This document shows positions 58,804 through 64,000 of a DNA stretch of 64,000 nucleotides, piece after piece. The DNA is from Pelomyxa schiedti (lineage: Eukaryota > Protista > Evosea). Under the pieces are notes generated by a model. That model made no database searches and was not told where the DNA came from. It worked only from the letters and a program-made list of their open reading frames with translations. The stretch covers positions 23,986-87,985 of the forward strand of contig JAHLWZ010000837.1 of the NCBI GenBank assembly GCA_020536535.1, read 5' to 3'. Positions within the stretch are counted from its first letter, which is position 1; each line of letters begins with the position of its first letter. The translations under genes were made by a program, and so were the position numbers.

Positions 58804-60624
58804 ATGGCACAATGCGATCAAGGTCACGCACTGTCGGGGTGTCTTATGAGACACTTGGTGGGTGAAAACAGAGCGTATTCCAGTGGTTACAGATGTGACA
58901 GATGTGGTAGATCTTACCCATACAACCCCACGGAGATGCTTTTGCACTGCACCCCGGTATCTTTTTATTAGGGCTTCTCTATTTTGCTCACACTGGGTTT
59001 TTTTTTCTGGGGCTACAGTGCGGATTTGATGTTTGTGTCTCGTGCAGCAGTAAACCCACTCCCGCAAGAAAAACCACACCCACTGCCGCAGTAACTGCAA
59101 CTGTCACTCCAACTCCTACTCCTACTTCGACTGCGGTGACGCCGGGTTTCCCTTCTTTCCCTGCGCCCGGGTCTGTCTCGGAATCTGTCAGCCAATTTGG
59201 CATAAACTTGATTATTCATTCGCTGGGGCTAGGCCTGACAAATGCCTTTGTTTCACCCTTTTCTGTGTCACAGGTTCTCTCCTTGTTAAGTATATGTCTG
59301 GCTCTAAATCCGGTTTCAGATGCTTTCACTTCTATCATGCGGGGCTCAAGGTTCCACGCAGCAAGAAATCTTGCAAGCATTACGAATTACACCTAGTGAA
59401 GCACCAACTCTTTCTGGCTCATATCAGACAATTAATGCCACACTAAAAGTACTAAGTGATAAGTTATTATTTCCCTTTTAATTACCGAATAGAGGGCCCC
59501 AGCTGAAATAATTTGTGCAAATTCCACATGGCTCCGGGAGGGATATCAACTTGCTCCAGCTTTCATAGAACAAGCAGCTGCATTTGACGCTGCTGTATGT
59601 AAATATGTGTACGTGAGTTTACCTCATCTTTTCTTTTTGATAGGGATTTCCATTGCCTTCCAGTGCTGCCCCGATAAATGCTTGGTGTTCCGAAAATACC
59701 AGAGGGAGAATAACGTGCGTTCAATAAACGAATTGTTTCAATCTCAAAAGTTTAGGCAAATAATTTCTGCTATACCTCACGACCTAGTAGCTATGTTGGT
59801 AAATGCAATTTACTTCAAGGCTACATTCAGGGATCCATTTGATATCAGTTTAACTCGCAACAAAACATTCCATAATATTGATGGTTCCGCTTCACAACTT
59901 CCAATGATGTGCAAACCTGGGGAATATATGAACTATCAGTTGAGTTTCTTCTTCAACTGCACCCTTTAACCAATAACAGAGAAACACACCTCATGCAAGC
60001 AGTCTCATTGTGGTATGGGCCTCCACCTCACAAATCCACACAAAGTTGGTATGCAACACATCATTTCAATACAAATTCTTACCGCTCTCCCAGCGTTGTC
60101 GTTCTTCCCAAACCAGGGATAAGTCCCATGACTTTGCTGGAAGACCCACAGCTACTTAATAAACTTTGGACTGGTAGTTACAGCTACAAAAAGGGCACCC
60201 TCGAGTTACCTCGGTTCACTGTTTCTTGTGGAATGGAACTGTCAGATATCTTAAGGAAGTTGGGTATTAGGCAAGCTTTTGGCTCATCTGCTGATTTCCG
60301 AGGTACGTTTCTGTTCTTACAATGTTTCCCTCACACTCTACCTTAGGCTTGTGCACACCCAGTGGTGTAAGCATCTCCCAAGTCATACACAAAACGTTTG
60401 TGCTCGTCGATGAGCAGGTATGCACCATTTGCTATTCCTTGGTAGTTACAGTGGTGTAGGGTACAGAAGCAGCAGCCGTTACAGGGGGAACCCTGTGCTC
60501 ATGTGTAGAGAAAGAGAAACCTTTCTCTATGATCGTTGACAGACCCTTCTTATTCTTCATTCTTGACAACCCACTCAAGTTGATGCTTTTTGGAGGACTT
60601 ATTGGCGCACCCACTTCCGTTTAA
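58804..60624 (+). CDS. Serpin with an N-terminal Cys/His zinc-binding domain
   Basis: CDQGHAL..YRCDRCG..LLHCTPCGFDVCVSC; NAFVSPFSV, INAWCSENT, LVNAIYFKATF, LELPRFTV, VDEQGTEAAAVT hinge, VDRPFLFFI. Confidence 0.9.
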
Positions 60625-60662
60625 CTGCAACCGAAAGAAAGAAAAAAAGAAAAAAAATGAGT

Positions 60663-63337
60663 TTATGGAAGACAGTAAGGTGCACTCTTTTGATTGTCCA
60701 CAATTACACGCAACGGCCGATGTGCTGGCAACTCCTCTGTGAGGAGAACCACTATCTTAGTGTGAGCTTTTGCCATCTGTGCTATGCCAACCACTCGCTC
60801 GTCCACTGTAACACACACTGGCGTGTTGATATCCCCAAAATTGGCACCTTTGATCACAAGCCCATCCCCCATTTGTTCTACGGAGATTATTGCTGGTGCT
60901 GTTTGGTTGGATGTGAGTTGATTTTACTCTCGGTACGAAGAGGGGAAAAACCTTGGTAAGAGAAGAGGGGCTCAATTACGGTATGTCCATGGGCATCTAT
61001 TTCAACTACATGTCCAGAACCCACACCAGGTGGAACACTGCACACTATTTGTGTTTTCGCGGGATTTACCTGTGGAAAAGGCATTGGTTGTTAAGCAATC
61101 ATGTAATTCCGGGATTAAAGATACTTGGAAATGACGGCAATCAACACCGGCAATTCTCACACTTCGCACATCAGCGAATTCTCTACCAGAGATTTGGCAA
61201 ACACCTCCACTAGTGGGGACTTGTGCTACGCTCGTAATTTGAGGGCAATCTGGGTCCGTAGGTTATTCTTGTGTTTGTCTACCCCAGAGGCATACTCAGG
61301 AGGTAATAATCCCAATGAGGCGTTGTAAATTTCCACCACCCACTATCAGTAACGTCGGCATGGGTTTGCCATACCCTCGTCATGATTCCATAACAAACTA
61401 TACTGGTATGAATGAGTGTTAGAAGTTGGAAGGAAAGCTAGACTACCTTTCACTCAAAATGGTAAAAGAATCAATACCGGGGAGTGGGTAAATTTGCCAC
61501 TCCAGTTCAGAATTTTCATAATTGGGGTCAATCCTCTAAAAAATTAGATTTTTAATACAGTTTTTAAAATGCAAACCATTTTTGCACCAAATGTATCCGG
61601 CACTATTGCGTGCAAGTAAGCAGGATTTACTCTACACATCAGAAGTGCTTGCACATACCCACCCGTGGGGAGAGCCAATGGCTTGGATTTGCTGTTGTGA
61701 TGTGATTTTAAAAAAAGAAGAAACTGAACAATTAAAAGATTAAACCTTGGGTGAGCAGCATATACAACACTGGGGGAAACTGAAATAAAATTACATGTTG
61801 GGTCATAGAAGGCATCCACAGGACGAAATCCCGTCTCGAGTATTCTTTTTTCCAAATATTAACAGAGATACTAACTGTTTATTTTCCAACAATGCTGAAA
61901 TCGGTAAAGATATTGAATGGTATGCCACATGCCAGCCAATGAATCGTGTATCAAACTCATCAATATTTAAGCTGAATCTTTTCCAGCCTGAAGAAGTTTT
62001 TTTTTTACAGTAGTATCTCACATTTTATAATGCCACACCTCTGGGGCAATAGTAGGCATGCCCACCAGCATATCTCTTATCCACCAGAGGTCCCTCCCAA
62101 TCTGTCCAGTACAGCCGTATCCCTGGGCCATATTCGCGATCCCAAGTGGGATTCCGGGAAAGATTGACCCCATTGAAGTTCCCTAAGTAAATGACTCTGA
62201 CTCCGAATTTTGAAAAGCACCCATCTAAAAGCACATTAATGAGAAAAGAGGCGTGCTGATATAACCTCGTGCCATTTTTTCTATTCGACAAAGGTAGTCT
62301 GGGCTGGCATCTCTCTCAATCACCTTTTCAGCGTCTGGGATTGGGTCACCTATGTCCATGGATACTGTTTCGCCTTCAATCGTAGCCCGAACGTACGCCT
62401 TTTTATTTTGAAAACATACAGGATGTTAAAAAAAACAAACTTGTGGAATGCCGAGAAGGCGACCCATTTCTAGAACAATCTCATCTTTGTCGAATAGAAA
62501 AAATGGCACGAGGTTATATCAGCACGCCTCTTTTCTCATTAATGTGCTTTTAGATGGGTGCTTTTCAAAATTCGGAGTCAGTAGTTTCCATTGGGTTACA
62601 GAAGTACCTTCATCTGTACTAATCCATCCATAAAAGACAAGAGGAATTTGAAGTGGTATCTCAATTGGGTTCAGTTTCCTGATAGCATTATAACTACCTC
62701 AAAATGGAAGATACCATACTGAATCTGCTCACATGAGATGTGATGGTAAGGAATGGCTGCAGGGAAAAGCACAGGGCACGTGAGAGGAGGGACCGACCCC
62801 ACAGCCATCAGGGGGGCACTTAAGAATATCCGTAAAATGTGGAACAACTGTTTGTGTACCAATAGCCACTAGAACCAAGCTTAGAAATTGGGAAATGGAA
62901 GAACATGAATAAATACCTCCTCAGAGTTTGGTACCAAAGTAGTCAACCGAGACAGCAAGCGAGTGAATTTCTCTGTACCATTGGCAATATCCTGATAGTT
63001 GGACCTGTGAATCTCCAACTGCCACAGCTTATATTTCTCATGAGCTTGTGTCAAGTGCTTCAAAACTTCCATTTGCTGGACAAATGGCAATGAGTAATTT
63101 AAACTTACTTTGAGAGTAGTGCCAAAAGAGGGGAAAGCAAAAAAAAAAATCAACATACAGTTCTCCATGTACCAAAAGCACAAAACAGAAGAAGAACGAA
63201 AGGAAAAAAACCCGGGTTAGTGGCTACCAAAATAATTACAATACAACTATGGGAGTCACACCATGGCTGACGTCTCTTAAACTCCTCAAAAAATAAACGT
63301 GCTGGTGAGGTTTTTTCCGTTGCCGGAACGCCGCCAT
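60663..63337 (-). CDS. NEURL4/Gig2-like ADP-ribosyltransferase-fold protein with C-terminal IPT/TIG-like domains
   Basis: GGHAYYCPRGWKRFSL..WHVAYH..ILETG; SPSVVYAAHPR; YVQALLMCRVNP; IDPNYENSELEW; VCYGIM; TQIVCSVPPGVGSGHVV..FSY; LVIKGANFG. Confidence 0.75.
62197..62581. repeat. Perfect 97-bp inverted repeat (62197-62293 / 62485-62581) with a 191-bp spacer
   Basis: Arms compared base by base are exact reverse complements; this also explains the identical peptide in ORFs 62025..62291(-) and 62448..62633(+). Confidence 0.97.
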
Positions 63338-63516
63338 CACGCCATCTTCGGAGAAAGAAGTCCCTGGGGAGCTCGTGCTTCTTCGAGCACTACTCCAGAT
63401 TGGCAGTCTCAGCTTTTCCAATTGCAACCGTGTACTACTTGTGCCGGCATCGCGGCAGCCGAATCAAACAAAAAAACGTTCAAGAACCGACGAAAACCAA
63501 TTTGTGTGGAACGAGC

Positions 63517-63960
63517 ATGGCAGGGGTCGGCACACCACCAGCAGCAGCGTCGGTCTTCGAGTACGTGGTGGAGCAGGTGTACAAAGAGAGCGCCGCGGCG
63601 TCGCGGCAGGTGGCCATGCGGAACTACGAGCAGGGGCGGGAGGCCGCCCGCATGGTGCGCGGGGCGCTGTGCGCGGCGTGGCTGGGGGTCTGGAACCTGT
63701 TTCAGACGGACCTGGGGGGCCTGCAGTCTTACTTGCGCCTGCACGGGGTCGTCGGGGCGCCCCCGTGCGACGTGCCGGCCATAGAGGCGGAGCTGAGCAG
63801 GAGGGAGGCGACCCACGTGCACCGGGCCACGATGGAGGAGGCGGACTGCACCACCGCAAGCTTCCCCGCTACTGAGGCCCAGAAAAGGGACCTCATGGGT
63901 CAGGTGTGTTTTGTGTGTACACTTATATCTACGCTCTGCGTATGATCTCCAACCTCCTTT

Positions 63961-63998
<38 letters not shown>

Positions 63999-64000
63999 CT
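63517..64000 (+). CDS. First exon of an unidentified gene running off the window
   Basis: GC3-rich ORF from ATG at 63517 (MAGVGTPP..) to a donor near 63904, followed by a T-rich intron. Confidence 0.6.

Noticed and set aside
62448-62633. Plus-strand ORF duplicating an ART-gene peptide
   Set aside because: It is a by-product of the inverted repeat and includes intron-derived sequence

Overview
This is a gene-dense, intron-rich eukaryotic window. Introns are mostly about 30-60 nt, and some intergenic gaps are under 50 bp. The protein families and snRNA promoter motif suggest a flagellated amoebozoan, probably an archamoeba of the Pelomyxa type (inference, not verified). About 28 protein genes were modelled by eye, so exon boundaries and some starts are approximate. 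They include a BEACH/WD40 protein, a Vint-type Hint protein, RING, DUSP-UBL, double ADF-H, NCoR/SNT1-like SANT, S1P lyase, an alpha/beta hydrolase, GH30 glucosylceramidase, Rab, BTB-SPRY, Clu-TPR-SH2, DCTN5, EMC10, B-box, CCDC81-like, ZnF-UBP, Deltex, a degraded Crinkler-like NTPase/REase, DMAP1, G6P 1-epimerase, a ZnF-serpin and an ART-IPT protein. The ORF track misses a U2 + U5 snRNA cluster at 31.7-32.7 kb that shares a DUSE-like TCCCATAA element at about -61. Between the two snRNA genes is a perfectly conserved extra copy of the U2 3' domain with a rebuilt closing stem. Other leading signals are a perfect 97-bp inverted repeat inside the ART gene that is antisense to one of its own introns, a Hint domain lacking the usual vWA partner, and a possible sphingolipid-catabolism gene trio.
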